From Escherichia coli (GTDB taxonomy: Bacteria > Pseudomonadota > Gammaproteobacteria > Enterobacterales > Enterobacteriaceae), in NCBI RefSeq assembly GCF_003334765.1, contig NZ_QOWT01000023.1: a stretch of DNA of 64,000 bases. The stretch is one strand, 5' to 3'. A model generated the notes under the pieces. The model was given only the letters and a program-made list of their open reading frames with translations. It had not been told where the DNA came from and made no database searches. The translations under genes and the position numbers were made by a program. Position 1 is the stretch's first letter; each line of letters starts with the position of its first letter. Below are positions 33,129-44,105 of this stretch, in pieces.

Positions 33129-34787
33129 ATGATTCTTGAGCGCGTTGAAATTGTGGGTTTTCGCGGTATCAACCGTTTGTCGTTGATGCTGGAACAAAAC
33201 AACGTCCTGATTGGGGAGAACGCGTGGGGTAAATCCAGCTTGCTGGACGCCTTAACTCTGCTGCTATCGCCAGAATCAGATCTCTACCATTTTGAGCGCG
33301 ACGATTTCTGGTTCCCGCCGGGAGATATCAACGGGCGAGAACATCATCTGCATATTATTTTGACCTTCCGCGAATCGCTGCCAGGCCGACATCGGGTTCG
33401 CCGTTATCGGCCGCTGGAAGCGTGCTGGACGCCATGCACCGATGGCTATCACCGTATTTTTTATCGTCTGGAAGGGGAGAGTGCGGAAGACGGCAGCGTG
33501 ATGACACTGCGCAGTTTTCTCGATAAAGACGGACATCCGATTGATGTCGAGGATATTAACGATCAGGCACGCCATCTGGTGCGTTTAATGCCGGTGCTGC
33601 GCTTGCGTGATGCCCGTTTTATGCGCCGTATTCGTAACGGCACGGTGCCAAATGTCCCTAATGTGGAAGTCACCGCGCGCCAGCTCGATTTCCTCGCCCG
33701 TGAGTTATCCTCACATCCGCAAAATCTCTCTGATGGGCAGATTCGTCAGGGACTTTCCGCAATGGTACAGCTGCTTGAGCATTATTTCTCTGAGCAGGGG
33801 GCCGGACAGGCGCGATATCGTTTAATGCGGCGGCGAGCCAGCAATGAGCAACGAAGCTGGCGCTATCTGGATATCATCAACCGGATGATTGACCGACCTG
33901 GTGGGCGCTCGTATCGGGTTATTTTGCTCGGCCTATTTGCTACTTTGTTGCAGGCAAAAGGCACATTGCGACTGGATAAAGACGCCCGTCCATTGTTGCT
34001 GATCGAAGATCCAGAAACCCGTTTACACCCCATTATGCTTTCAGTTGCCTGGCATCTGTTGAATCTTCTGCCATTGCAGCGCATTGCCACCACCAACTCG
34101 GGTGAGTTGCTTTCGTTAACGCCGGTAGAGCATGTTTGCCGACTGGTACGTGAGTCCTCGCGCGTTGCCGCCTGGCGTCTGGGGCCGAGTGGCTTGAGTA
34201 CCGAAGATAGCCGACGCATATCCTTTCACATTCGTTTTAACCGTCCGTCATCGCTGTTTGCACGCTGCTGGTTGCTGGTGGAAGGGGAAACGGAAACCTG
34301 GGTTATCAATGAACTGGCGCGTCAGTGCGGACATCATTTTGATGCCGAAGGGATCAAGGTCATTGAGTTTGCCCAGTCCGGGCTAAAGCCACTGGTTAAA
34401 TTTGCCCGCCGAATGGGGATTGAATGGCATGTACTGGTCGATGGCGATGAAGCAGGGAAGAAATATGCCGCTACGGTACGCAGCCTGTTGAATAACGATC
34501 GGGAAGCCGAACGAGAACATTTAACGGCGTTACCGGCGCTGGATATGGAACATTTTATGTATCGCCAGGGATTTTCCGATGTGTTCCACCGCATGGCGCA
34601 AATCCCGGAAAATGTACCGATGAATCTACGCAAAATTATCTCGAAAGCGATCCATCGCTCTTCCAAACCCGATCTTGCCATTGAAGTGGCAATGGAGGCA
34701 GGACGTCGTGGTGTGGACTCCGTACCGACGCTGCTGAAAAAAATGTTCTCACGCGTGCTGTGGCTGGCGCGCGGTCGCGCGGATTAA
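33129..34787 (+). CDS. ybjD: YbjD, putative OLD-family ATP-dependent endonuclease (ATPase + Toprim-like C-terminus)
   Basis: 552-aa ORF with N-terminal P-loop GENAWGKSSLLDAL; conserved K-12 position between aqpZ and ybjX. Confidence 0.85.
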   Translation: MILERVEIVGFRGINRLSLMLEQNNVLIGENAWGKSSLLDALTLLLSPESDLYHFERDDFWFPPGDINGREHHLHIILTFRESLPGRHRVRRYRPLEACWTPCTDGYHRIFYRLEGESAEDGSVMTLRSFLDKDGHPIDVEDINDQARHLVRLMPVLRLRDARFMRRIRNGTVPNVPNVEVTARQLDFLARELSSHPQNLSDGQIRQGLSAMVQLLEHYFSEQGAGQARYRLMRRRASNEQRSWRYLDIINRMIDRPGGRSYRVILLGLFATLLQAKGTLRLDKDARPLLLIEDPETRLHPIMLSVAWHLLNLLPLQRIATTNSGELLSLTPVEHVCRLVRESSRVAAWRLGPSGLSTEDSRRISFHIRFNRPSSLFARCWLLVEGETETWVINELARQCGHHFDAEGIKVIEFAQSGLKPLVKFARRMGIEWHVLVDGDEAGKKYAATVRSLLNNDREAEREHLTALPALDMEHFMYRQGFSDVFHRMAQIPENVPMNLRKIISKAIHRSSKPDLAIEVAMEAGRRGVDSVPTLLKKMFSRVLWLARGRAD

Positions 34788-35776
34788 CCGCGAAACATCG
34801 TGGCCATTTGTGGCTGAATAGCGTCGAGCATCTCATAGCGCCGACGGTATTCAGCCCGTTTTTTACTGGCGATTTCGGCAATCTCTTTTCGTGCTATCTG
34901 TGCTGGAAGGCGGTAATGGCGTTCAGCATCACATACGCCGCCAACCGATTCCCAGAAAGCGTTGTAATCAGCGTGGATCTTGCCTTCTTTATCGCGATAA
35001 CGCAGGCTGCGGTAAATATGCGTTTCATTGCTGACGGCAATAATCTGCTCTACCTGCAAACGTTGGGCAAACAGACAGGCCGCTTCCATCACGAGGCGTT
35101 TGGGAAATAGCCCGTGGCAGGCTTTCGTCGCATTCTGGATTTCCTGATGTGGAATTTCCCATTTTGCGCCTTGCAGTCCGCCAATAAACATCGTTCTTTT
35201 CCCCTGATATTCACACAGGGTAAACGTGATCTCTGCCAGAGGAATACCTTCGCTGTTGCGGAACAGGATTGTGCTGTCACCTTCTTTATCCATTGAGATC
35301 ATCATGGTCAGCTCAAGCGTGAACTGCTCGCCGTTTTTGCCTTCCAGCTTCGCCAGTTGCAGCCCGGGGGTATTCAAATATAAGCTGAATTCTTCCGCCG
35401 ACATACATTCGCGGAGTAACGCATAATGGTAACGTAACGCCTCCAGCAATTGCTTACGGCTAAGATTCGCCGCAAGGTAAGGGCGATGCAGACGCACAGG
35501 CAGTCGCGGCTGGCGCGTTAACAATACATTGAGATTAGGCCAGTGGGAAAGTTCGTTCATCCACTCAACGCTTAAACGCGGCATAATCAACGAGCGCAGC
35601 AAAAATTTCTGGCGAAAACTACGGCGATGCCAGAATTTACCCGGCCGACACTGTCCACGTGCCAGACTAAGAAAAAGTGACAGGCTGCTGAGAGATTCAG
35701 ATGGCGTAAAGGTCCGTTCAGTTAGCTGCGACATATTCATGAAATCAATGGTTATACATGGCGTCGATTTCACCAT
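34784..35776 (-). CDS. ybjX: YbjX (VirK-like / DUF535) protein
   Basis: 330-aa ORF in conserved position. Confidence 0.88.
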   Translation of the reverse strand: MVKSTPCITIDFMNMSQLTERTFTPSESLSSLSLFLSLARGQCRPGKFWHRRSFRQKFLLRSLIMPRLSVEWMNELSHWPNLNVLLTRQPRLPVRLHRPYLAANLSRKQLLEALRYHYALLRECMSAEEFSLYLNTPGLQLAKLEGKNGEQFTLELTMMISMDKEGDSTILFRNSEGIPLAEITFTLCEYQGKRTMFIGGLQGAKWEIPHQEIQNATKACHGLFPKRLVMEAACLFAQRLQVEQIIAVSNETHIYRSLRYRDKEGKIHADYNAFWESVGGVCDAERHYRLPAQIARKEIAEIASKKRAEYRRRYEMLDAIQPQMATMFRG

Positions 35777-35890
35777 TGCGTATCTTAACCAAACATCAAT
35801 AGTGTGATTACTAACGTAAATTTTAGGGTTTTGTTGATATTTCGTTGAAGTTAATGACCCGGATTGGCATATGGAGTATTCAGAAAATTT

Positions 35891-37006
35891 ATGAAAAAGC
35901 GGAAAACCGTGAAGAAGCGTTACGTTATTGCGCTGGTGATAGTCATCGCCGGACTGATTACGTTATGGAGAATTCTTAACGCACCCGTGCCGACTTATCA
36001 GACGCTGATTGTGCGCCCCGGTGATTTACAGCAAAGCGTGCTGGCGACCGGAAAGCTGGACGCGCTGCGTAAGGTTGATGTGGGCGCGCAGGTCAGCGGT
36101 CAGTTGAAAACTCTGTCGGTGGCGATTGGCGATAAAGTAAAAAAAGACCAGCTTTTAGGGGTTATTGATCCTGAACAGGCTGAAAACCAGATTAAGGAGG
36201 TCGAAGCAACGCTGATGGAGCTACGTGCGCAGCGGCAGCAGGCGGAAGCGGAGCTGAAACTGGCGCGGGTGACGTATTCCCGTCAGCAACGTCTGGCACA
36301 AACGAAGGCTGTTTCACAGCAGGATCTCGACACCGCCGCGACGGAGATGGCTGTGAAACAGGCGCAAATTGGCACCATTGACGCGCAAATCAAGCGCAAT
36401 CAGGCTTCTCTCGATACGGCTAAAACCAATCTCGATTACACTCGCATCGTTGCCCCGATGGCCGGGGAAGTCACGCAAATCACCACTCTGCAAGGCCAGA
36501 CGGTGATTGCCGCACAACAAGCACCGAACATTCTGACGCTGGCAGATATGAGCACCATGCTGGTAAAAGCGCAGGTTTCTGAAGCGGATGTAATCCACCT
36601 GAAGCCGGGGCAAAAAGCCTGGTTTACGGTGCTTGGCGATCCACTGACGCGCTACGAGGGGCAAATCAAGGATGTACTACCGACGCCGGAAAAGGTTAAC
36701 GACGCTATTTTCTATTACGCCCGTTTTGAAGTCCCCAACCCCAATGGTTTGCTGCGGCTGGATATGACTGCGCAAGTGCATATTCAGCTCACCGATGTGA
36801 AAAATGTGCTGACGATCCCTCTGTCGGCGTTAGGCGATCCGGTTGGCGATAATCGTTATAAAGTCAAATTGTTGCGTAATGGTGAAACACGCGAGCGTGA
36901 AGTGACGATTGGCGCACGTAACGATACCGATGTTGAGATTGTCAAAGGGCTTGAAGCGGGCGATGAAGTGGTGATTGGTGAGGCCAAACCAGGAGCTGCA
37001 CAATGA
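35891..37006 (+). CDS. macA: macrolide efflux periplasmic adaptor MacA
   Basis: 371-aa membrane-fusion protein starting [22 protein letters not shown]; start at the ATG at 35891. Confidence 0.94.
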   Translation: MKKRKTVKKRYVIALVIVIAGLITLWRILNAPVPTYQTLIVRPGDLQQSVLATGKLDALRKVDVGAQVSGQLKTLSVAIGDKVKKDQLLGVIDPEQAENQIKEVEATLMELRAQRQQAEAELKLARVTYSRQQRLAQTKAVSQQDLDTAATEMAVKQAQIGTIDAQIKRNQASLDTAKTNLDYTRIVAPMAGEVTQITTLQGQTVIAAQQAPNILTLADMSTMLVKAQVSEADVIHLKPGQKAWFTVLGDPLTRYEGQIKDVLPTPEKVNDAIFYYARFEVPNPNGLLRLDMTAQVHIQLTDVKNVLTIPLSALGDPVGDNRYKVKLLRNGETREREVTIGARNDTDVEIVKGLEAGDEVVIGEAKPGAAQ

Positions 37007-38949
37007 CGCCTTTGCTCGAATTAAAGGATATTCGTCGCAGCTATCCTGCCGGTGATGAGCAGGTTGAGGTGCTGAAGGGCATCAGCCTCGATATTTATGC
37101 GGGTGAGATGGTCGCGATTGTTGGCGCTTCGGGTTCCGGTAAATCGACCCTGATGAATATTCTCGGCTGTCTGGATAAGGCCACCAGCGGCACCTATCGC
37201 GTCGCCGGTCAGGATGTTGCCACGCTGGACGCCGATGCGCTGGCGCAACTGCGCCGCGAGCATTTCGGCTTTATTTTCCAGCGTTACCATTTGCTTTCGC
37301 ATTTAACCGCCGAGCAGAACGTTGAAGTACCCGCCGTCTATGCTGGTCTTGAGCGGAAACAGCGACTGCTTCGTGCCCAGGAGTTGCTGCAACGGCTGGG
37401 GCTGGAAGACCGTACAGAGTATTATCCGGCACAGCTTTCGGGTGGTCAGCAACAGCGCGTCAGCATCGCGCGGGCATTGATGAACGGTGGTCAGGTAATT
37501 CTTGCCGATGAACCAACCGGCGCACTGGACAGCCATTCTGGCGAAGAGGTGATGGCGATCCTGCATCAGCTGCGCGATCGTGGGCATACGGTGATTATCG
37601 TCACCCACGATCCGCAGGTCGCTGCTCAGGCCGAGCGGGTGATCGAAATTCGCGACGGCGAAATTGTGCGCAATCCTCCCGCCATTGAAAAAGTGAATGT
37701 TACTGGCGGGACGGAACCTGTTGTCAACACGGTGTCTGGCTGGCGGCAGTTTGTCAGCGGTTTTAACGAGGCGCTGACGATGGCATGGCGGGCGCTGGCA
37801 GCGAATAAAATGCGTACTTTACTGACCATGCTGGGGATTATTATCGGTATTGCGTCGGTGGTTTCCATTGTCGTGGTGGGTGACGCCGCCAAACAAATGG
37901 TGCTGGCGGATATTCGTTCTATTGGTACGAATACTATTGATGTCTATCCCGGGAAAGATTTTGGCGATGACGATCCGCAATATCAGCAGGCGCTGAAGTA
38001 CGACGACTTAATCGCCATCCAAAAACAACCGTGGGTCGCCTCAGCCACACCTGCCGTCTCGCAAAACCTGCGCCTGCGTTATAACAATGTTGATGTTGCT
38101 GCCAGTGCCAATGGCGTGAGCGGCGATTATTTTAATGTCTATGGCATGACCTTCAGTGAAGGAAACACCTTTAATCAGGAGCAGCTGAACGGTCGTGCGC
38201 AGGTCGTGGTTCTCGACAGTAATACTCGCCGCCAGCTTTTCCCCCATAAAGCAGATGTGGTTGGCGAGGTGATTCTGGTCGGCAATATGCCCGCCAGAGT
38301 CATTGGTGTGGCGGAAGAAAAACAGTCGATGTTTGGTAGCAGTAAAGTGCTGCGTGTCTGGCTACCTTACAGCACGATGTCCGGGCGAGTTATGGGCCAG
38401 TCGTGGCTTAACTCCATTACTGTCAGGGTGAAAGAAGGATTTGACAGCGCCGAGGCGGAACAGCAACTCACGCGTTTACTTTCACTGCGCCACGGAAAGA
38501 AGGATTTCTTTACCTGGAACATGGACGGCGTCTTGAAAACTGTTGAAAAGACCACACGTACTTTACAACTGTTTCTGACGCTGGTGGCGGTGATTTCGCT
38601 GGTGGTGGGCGGTATTGGTGTAATGAATATTATGCTGGTGTCAGTGACCGAGCGGACGCGGGAAATTGGCATTCGCATGGCTGTAGGTGCGCGAGCAAGC
38701 GATGTTTTGCAACAGTTCCTGATCGAAGCCGTACTGGTTTGCCTGGTCGGTGGCGCGTTGGGAATAACACTGTCACTGTTAATTGCTTTCACCTTGCAGC
38801 TTTTCTTACCCGGCTGGGAGATTGGTTTTTCACCGTTGGCGCTGCTGCTGGCGTTTCTCTGCTCGACGGTCACCGGGATTTTATTTGGCTGGTTACCCGC
38901 ACGAAATGCGGCACGACTGGATCCAGTAGATGCTCTGGCACGAGAGTAA
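37003..38949 (+). CDS. macB: macrolide efflux ABC transporter MacB (ATPase + permease)
   Basis: 648-aa product with Walker [10 protein letters not shown], signature [10 protein letters not shown]-terminal FtsX-like permease. Confidence 0.95.
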   Translation: MTPLLELKDIRRSYPAGDEQVEVLKGISLDIYAGEMVAIVGASGSGKSTLMNILGCLDKATSGTYRVAGQDVATLDADALAQLRREHFGFIFQRYHLLSHLTAEQNVEVPAVYAGLERKQRLLRAQELLQRLGLEDRTEYYPAQLSGGQQQRVSIARALMNGGQVILADEPTGALDSHSGEEVMAILHQLRDRGHTVIIVTHDPQVAAQAERVIEIRDGEIVRNPPAIEKVNVTGGTEPVVNTVSGWRQFVSGFNEALTMAWRALAANKMRTLLTMLGIIIGIASVVSIVVVGDAAKQMVLADIRSIGTNTIDVYPGKDFGDDDPQYQQALKYDDLIAIQKQPWVASATPAVSQNLRLRYNNVDVAASANGVSGDYFNVYGMTFSEGNTFNQEQLNGRAQVVVLDSNTRRQLFPHKADVVGEVILVGNMPARVIGVAEEKQSMFGSSKVLRVWLPYSTMSGRVMGQSWLNSITVRVKEGFDSAEAEQQLTRLLSLRHGKKDFFTWNMDGVLKTVEKTTRTLQLFLTLVAVISLVVGGIGVMNIMLVSVTERTREIGIRMAVGARASDVLQQFLIEAVLVCLVGGALGITLSLLIAFTLQLFLPGWEIGFSPLALLLAFLCSTVTGILFGWLPARNAARLDPVDALARE

Positions 38950-38965
38950 TTTTTGAGATAAAAAT

Positions 38966-38990
38966 GCCAGCCGATCGGGCTGGCATTTTG
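38966..38990. terminator. bidirectional rho-independent terminator between macB and cspD
   Basis: Hairpin gccagcc-gatc-gggctggc flanked by A-run upstream and T-run downstream. Confidence 0.65.
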
Positions 38991-39021
38991 CCTTTAGGAT
39001 GTACACAATGAGACAGAAGAG

Positions 39022-39246
39022 CTATGCGACTGCCGCTTCTACTTCGACGGGCACAATAACACTGGCGTGATTGCCTTTTGGCCCCTGGTGGACATCAAAC
39101 TGAACGGATTGTCCAGCTTTTAGCGTTCTGTAACCATCCATCTGAATGGTGGAATAATGAGCGAAAATATCTTCGCCGCCGCCTTCAGGGCAGATGAAAC
39201 CAAACCCTTTGGCATTGTTGAACCACTTAACAGTACCCTTTTCCAT
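39022..39246 (-). CDS. cspD: cold-shock-domain stationary-phase protein CspD
   Basis: 74-aa product MEKGTVKWFNNAKGFGFICPEGGGEDIFAHYSTIQMDGYRTLKAGQ... Confidence 0.95.
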   Translation of the reverse strand: MEKGTVKWFNNAKGFGFICPEGGGEDIFAHYSTIQMDGYRTLKAGQSVQFDVHQGPKGNHASVIVPVEVEAAVA

Positions 39247-39568
39247 GCTTCGACATCCTTCGCAAATCTTATACAAGTAAGATGGAATAAACCGGGGTCA
39301 GAGAGGGGGCTGTTCAAAACCTCGCCAACTCTAGAAATACAATTTAGAGAATTAGGGCGAGCCGTCAAGCATTTGACAGGGGACAAGGGGCAGGTATGAA
39401 TCAAAAATTTGAAGCAGTTAACGCTATTGACAGGAATGTGACAGATGTCGCTGATGCCAACGATAGATGATAGTTATCTATCATGTGGAGTAGATTGGTC
39501 AGGCAAATAAGCTCTTGTCAGCGGCAGGGCGTTCTGCCGATAACCGTAACCGAAGATGATAACTGACA

Positions 39569-39889
39569 ATGGGTAAAACGAACGACTGGCTGGACTTTGA
39601 TCAACTGGCGGAAGAAAAAGTTCGCGACGCGCTAAAACCGCCATCTATGTATAAAGTGATATTAGTCAATGATGATTACACTCCGATGGAGTTTGTTATT
39701 GACGTGTTACAAAAATTCTTTTCTTATGATGTAGAACGTGCAACGCAATTGATGCTCGCTGTTCACTACCAGGGGAAGGCCATTTGCGGAGTCTTTACCG
39801 CCGAGGTTGCAGAAACCAAAGTGGCGATGGTGAACAAGTACGCGAGGGAGAATGAGCATCCATTGCTGTGTACGCTAGAAAAAGCCTGA
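39569..39889 (+). CDS. clpS: ClpA adaptor ClpS
   Basis: 106-aa product [43 protein letters not shown]... Confidence 0.96.
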
Positions 39890-39919
39890 ATGCAGGCATA
39901 AAAATTGGGGGAGGTGCCT

Positions 39920-42196
39920 ATGCTCAATCAAGAACTGGAACTCAGTTTAAATATGGCTTTCGCCAGAGCGCGCGAGCACCGTCATGAGTTTATGACCGTC
40001 GAGCACTTGTTACTGGCGCTGCTCAGTAACCCATCTGCCCGGGAGGCGCTGGAAGCGTGTTCTGTGGATTTGGTTGCGCTCCGTCAGGAACTGGAAGCCT
40101 TTATTGAACAAACCACACCCGTTCTGCCTGCCAGTGAAGAGGAGCGCGACACACAGCCGACGCTGAGTTTTCAGCGTGTACTGCAACGTGCGGTCTTCCA
40201 TGTCCAGTCCTCCGGTCGCAATGAGGTTACCGGTGCAAACGTTCTGGTCGCTATCTTTAGCGAACAGGAGTCGCAGGCGGCATATCTGTTGCGTAAACAT
40301 GAAGTCAGCCGTCTCGATGTGGTGAACTTTATCTCTCATGGCACGCGTAAAGACGAGCCGACACAGTCTTCTGATCCTGGCAGCCAGCCAAACAGCGAAG
40401 AACAAGCTGGTGGGGAGGAACGTATGGAGAATTTCACGACGAACCTGAATCAGCTTGCGCGCGTGGGCGGAATCGACCCACTGATTGGTCGTGAGAAGGA
40501 GCTGGAGCGTGCTATTCAGGTTCTCTGCCGTCGCCGTAAAAACAACCCGCTGCTGGTGGGGGAATCTGGTGTCGGTAAAACCGCGATTGCGGAAGGTCTT
40601 GCCTGGCGAATTGTTCAGGGCGATGTGCCGGAAGTGATGGCTGACTGTACGATTTACTCTCTCGATATCGGTTCTCTGTTAGCGGGCACAAAATATCGCG
40701 GCGACTTTGAAAAACGTTTTAAAGCGTTGCTCAAGCAGCTGGAGCAGGACACTAACAGCATCCTGTTTATTGATGAGATCCACACCATTATCGGTGCGGG
40801 TGCAGCGTCTGGTGGTCAGGTCGATGCGGCTAACCTAATCAAACCGTTGCTCTCCAGCGGTAAAATTCGTGTAATTGGTTCGACAACCTATCAGGAGTTC
40901 AGCAACATTTTCGAGAAAGACCGTGCTCTGGCGCGTCGCTTCCAGAAAATTGATATTACTGAACCGTCGATCGAAGAAACTGTTCAAATCATCAATGGCC
41001 TGAAACCGAAGTATGAAGCGCACCACGACGTGCGTTATACCGCAAAAGCGGTGCGTGCGGCGGTAGAGCTGGCGGTGAAATACATTAACGATCGTCATCT
41101 GCCGGATAAAGCCATTGATGTTATCGACGAAGCGGGCGCTCGCGCACGCCTGATGCCGGTAAGCAAACGCAAGAAAACCGTTAATGTGGCGGATATTGAG
41201 TCCGTGGTGGCCCGTATTGCACGCATTCCAGAGAAGAGTGTTTCTCAGAGTGATCGTGATACCCTGAAAAACCTCGGCGATCGCTTGAAAATGCTGGTCT
41301 TCGGTCAGGATAAAGCCATTGAGGCGCTGACTGAAGCCATTAAGATGGCGCGTGCAGGTTTAGGTCACGAACATAAACCGGTTGGTTCGTTCCTGTTTGC
41401 CGGCCCTACCGGGGTCGGGAAAACAGAGGTGACGGTACAGCTTTCGAAAGCTTTGGGCATTGAGCTTCTGCGCTTTGATATGTCCGAGTATATGGAACGC
41501 CATACCGTCAGCCGTCTTATTGGTGCGCCTCCGGGATACGTTGGTTTTGATCAGGGCGGTTTGCTGACTGATGCGGTCATCAAGCATCCACATGCGGTGC
41601 TGCTGCTGGACGAAATCGAGAAAGCGCACCCGGACGTGTTCAATATTCTGTTGCAGGTGATGGATAACGGTACGCTGACCGATAACAACGGACGCAAAGC
41701 AGACTTCCGTAACGTGGTGCTGGTGATGACCACCAACGCCGGGGTACGGGAAACTGAGCGCAAATCCATTGGTCTTATCCACCAGGATAACAGCACCGAT
41801 GCGATGGAAGAGATCAAGAAGATCTTTACACCGGAATTCCGTAACCGTCTCGACAACATTATCTGGTTTGATCATCTGTCAACCGACGTGATCCATCAGG
41901 TGGTGGATAAATTCATCGTCGAGTTGCAGGTTCAGCTGGATCAGAAAGGTGTTTCTCTGGAAGTGAGCCAGGAAGCGCGTAACTGGCTGGCCGAGAAAGG
42001 TTACGACCGGGCAATGGGCGCTCGTCCGATGGCGCGTGTCATCCAGGACAACCTGAAAAAACCGCTCGCCAACGAACTGCTGTTTGGTTCGCTGGTGGAC
42101 GGCGGTCAGGTCACCGTCGCGCTGGATAAAGAGAAAAATGAGCTGACTTACGGATTCCAGAGTGCACAAAAGCACAAGGCGGAAGCAGCGCATTAA
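39920..42196 (+). CDS. clpA: ATP-dependent Clp protease ATPase subunit ClpA
   Basis: 758-aa product starting [20 protein letters not shown], two AAA+ modules ([16 protein letters not shown]). Confidence 0.96.
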   Translation: MLNQELELSLNMAFARAREHRHEFMTVEHLLLALLSNPSAREALEACSVDLVALRQELEAFIEQTTPVLPASEEERDTQPTLSFQRVLQRAVFHVQSSGRNEVTGANVLVAIFSEQESQAAYLLRKHEVSRLDVVNFISHGTRKDEPTQSSDPGSQPNSEEQAGGEERMENFTTNLNQLARVGGIDPLIGREKELERAIQVLCRRRKNNPLLVGESGVGKTAIAEGLAWRIVQGDVPEVMADCTIYSLDIGSLLAGTKYRGDFEKRFKALLKQLEQDTNSILFIDEIHTIIGAGAASGGQVDAANLIKPLLSSGKIRVIGSTTYQEFSNIFEKDRALARRFQKIDITEPSIEETVQIINGLKPKYEAHHDVRYTAKAVRAAVELAVKYINDRHLPDKAIDVIDEAGARARLMPVSKRKKTVNVADIESVVARIARIPEKSVSQSDRDTLKNLGDRLKMLVFGQDKAIEALTEAIKMARAGLGHEHKPVGSFLFAGPTGVGKTEVTVQLSKALGIELLRFDMSEYMERHTVSRLIGAPPGYVGFDQGGLLTDAVIKHPHAVLLLDEIEKAHPDVFNILLQVMDNGTLTDNNGRKADFRNVVLVMTTNAGVRETERKSIGLIHQDNSTDAMEEIKKIFTPEFRNRLDNIIWFDHLSTDVIHQVVDKFIVELQVQLDQKGVSLEVSQEARNWLAEKGYDRAMGARPMARVIQDNLKKPLANELLFGSLVDGGQVTVALDKEKNELTYGFQSAQKHKAEAAH

Positions 42197-42221
42197 TCTG
42201 ATTGTTAGGTAGGTTGGTCAA

Positions 42222-42256
42222 GTCCGTAATCTCGAAAGAGGTTACGGACTTTTTGT
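42222..42256 (+). terminator. rho-independent terminator of clpA
   Basis: Stem gtccgtaacc with gaaa-type loop, followed by tttttgtttat. Confidence 0.7.
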
Positions 42257-42408
42257 TTATGGGGTGGAGGAGGTTCAGACCCTTTTTTTAATGATGATGG
42301 TAAGTTGTTGATAATTAGTGCTGCGGGAAGGTAAGGATAAAAAAGGGTGCTGCAGGAGAATGGGATGGTTTTGCTTTATTAACAACGGGCTAAACGTGTA
42401 GTATTTGA

Positions 42409-42496
42409 GTTCACTGCCGTACAGGCAGCTTAGAAATTCACAGGTAACATACTCCACCCGCCCACCATGTTCACTGCCGTACAGACAGATAAAATG
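42409..42496 (+). CRISPR. type I-F CRISPR remnant: two repeats and one 32-bp spacer, no cas genes in window
   Basis: Repeat 1 gttcactgccgtacaggcagcttagaaa (42409-42436) is the 28-bp E. coli/Yersinia subtype I-F repeat. Spacer ttcacaggtaacatactccacccgcccaccat (42437-42468). Repeat 2 gttcactgccgtacagacagataaaatg (42469-42496) is degenerate at its 3' end. Confidence 0.85.
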
Positions 42497-42540
42497 CGAA
42501 AAAAAAGCTCGCACTTTCGTACGAGCTCTTCTTTAAATAT

Positions 42541-42554
42541 GGCGGTGAGGGGGA
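42541..42554 (-). other. tRNA-Ser (serW) 3'-end fragment = island attachment-site core copy; no intact tRNA here
   Basis: tggcggtgaggggg is the reverse complement of the last 14 nt (incl. CCA) of E. coli tRNA-Ser(GGA). It sits exactly where the serW 3' end is expected, about 344 bp after clpA. The tRNA body is replaced by island DNA. Confidence 0.5.
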
Positions 42555-42600
42555 CCGCCTGAAATAAATCTGACTTAATCCGGGGGTGTTATATAATTTC

Positions 42601-42649
42601 ATTATAAACAATGTATTATACTTTTTTCTGTCCGATATTATCTAATGTA
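42601..42649 (+). repeat. direct repeat copy A upstream of int
   Basis: attataaacaatgtattatacttttttctgtccgatattatctaatgt; near-identical core to copy B at 44084-44105. Confidence 0.6.
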
Positions 42650-42713
42650 TTCTTAGTGAAGCGAGAGACTAATGGCATACTGGATGGCATACTAGAGTAA
42701 CAGGAATTAGCGT

Positions 42714-43931
42714 ATGGCAGTTTTGACGGATACTAAAGCAAGGCATATCAAACCTGATGACAAACCATTGCCCCATGGGGGAATTACAGGACTGACTCTT
42801 CATCCTTCTTCAGTAAAAGGGCGGGGTAAATGGGTTTTTCGTTATGTAAGTCCGGTGACACAAAAAAGGCGTAATGCTGGATTGGGAACTTATCCTGAGG
42901 TCAGTATTGCTGAAGCTGCACGTGCTGCCCGGATAATGCGAGAGCAACTTGCTGCAGGTGATGACCCACTGGAGATTAAAAAGGCTGAAGCTGAAAAAGT
43001 TGTTATCCCAACATTTGCCGATGCAGCCAGGCGTGTACATGCTGAATTGTCACCGGGATGGGAAAATCCAAAGCATGTCAGGCAGTGGTTATCGACGCTT
43101 GAAAATTACGCGTTTCCTCAACTGGGAGCAAAAACGCTGGATTCGATTACGGCTGCGGACGTGGCAGAAACACTGCGTCCAGTCTGGTTAACCTTGTCAG
43201 AAACGGCAAGCCGGGTTAAACAGCGCATTCATGTTGTTATGCAGTGGGGATGGGCGCACGGTTTTTGTGTGGCAAACCCTGTTGATGTGGTTGGCCATTT
43301 GCTTCCTCAGCAGACAAGAGGACGTGATGAACACCAACCCGCAATGCCCTGGAGGCAGTTACCGCTTTTTGTGGCGACCAGTGTGTATACAGATGAACCT
43401 TATAATGTTACCCGGGCACTGTTATTAATGGTGATACTTACAGCAACCCGCTCGGGCGAAGCCAGGGGAATGCGCTGGGCTGAAATTGATTTTCATAAGC
43501 GGATATGGACTATACCCGCAGAAAGAATGAAAGCCAGGATACAGCATCGTGTTCCTTTATCCCGGCAGGCCATTCACATTCTGGAAAATATACGTGGTTT
43601 GCATGATGAACTAGTGTTTCCTTCTCCCAGAAAGCAGCAGATCCTTTCAGATATGGTGTTGACGAGTTTTCTGCGTAAAAAGAAAGCCATCAGTGATATA
43701 CCGGGGCGAGTTGCCACGGCACATGGTTTTCGCTCAACATTCAGGGACTGGTGTAGTGAACAGGGGTATTCGCGGGATCTGGCGGAAAGGGCGCTCGCTC
43801 ATACGCTGAAAAATAAGGTTGAGGCGGCATATCATCGTACTGATCTACTGGAGCAGCGTGTACCGATGATGCAGGCATGGGCGGATTATGTGATGTCTCA
43901 ACTTGCTAAAAACACTAAGGAATTCGCTTAG
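42714..43931 (+). CDS. P4-family tyrosine integrase
   Basis: 405-aa ORF with N-terminal MAVLTDTKARHIKPDDKPLPHGGITGLTLHP and C-terminal catalytic region (...AHGFRSTFRDW...RALAHTLKNKVEAAYHRTDLLEQRVPMMQAW) typical of tRNA-site phage integrases. Confidence 0.9.
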   Translation: MAVLTDTKARHIKPDDKPLPHGGITGLTLHPSSVKGRGKWVFRYVSPVTQKRRNAGLGTYPEVSIAEAARAARIMREQLAAGDDPLEIKKAEAEKVVIPTFADAARRVHAELSPGWENPKHVRQWLSTLENYAFPQLGAKTLDSITAADVAETLRPVWLTLSETASRVKQRIHVVMQWGWAHGFCVANPVDVVGHLLPQQTRGRDEHQPAMPWRQLPLFVATSVYTDEPYNVTRALLLMVILTATRSGEARGMRWAEIDFHKRIWTIPAERMKARIQHRVPLSRQAIHILENIRGLHDELVFPSPRKQQILSDMVLTSFLRKKKAISDIPGRVATAHGFRSTFRDWCSEQGYSRDLAERALAHTLKNKVEAAYHRTDLLEQRVPMMQAWADYVMSQLAKNTKEFA

Positions 43932-44045
43932 TTTCATGGACTGGCATACTCAGAGTAGCCAAATGGTTACTGCTTTCTTTTTTGAAAAATAAATGCAATG
44001 CCAGTTCGTAATGAAAACCTGGCATTGCACTCAGCTAACGATTAT

Positions 44046-44105
44046 TCATTATTATAACGAATAATACACTTGTGATAATTTATTTTTTGTCCGATAGTAT
44101 CTATA
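44046..44105 (+). repeat. direct repeat copy B downstream of int
   Basis: attattataacgaataatacacttgtgataatttattttttgtccgatagtatctatagt. Confidence 0.6.

Noticed and set aside
42541-42630. Possible intact tRNA-Ser (serW) gene
   Set aside because: Only 14 nt of the tRNA 3' end match; the following sequence has no T-arm (GGTTCGAATCC) or cloverleaf, so it is an attachment-core copy, not a tRNA gene.
42200-42700. Type I-F cas genes next to the CRISPR repeats
   Set aside because: No cas ORFs in either direction; the array is an isolated two-repeat remnant.
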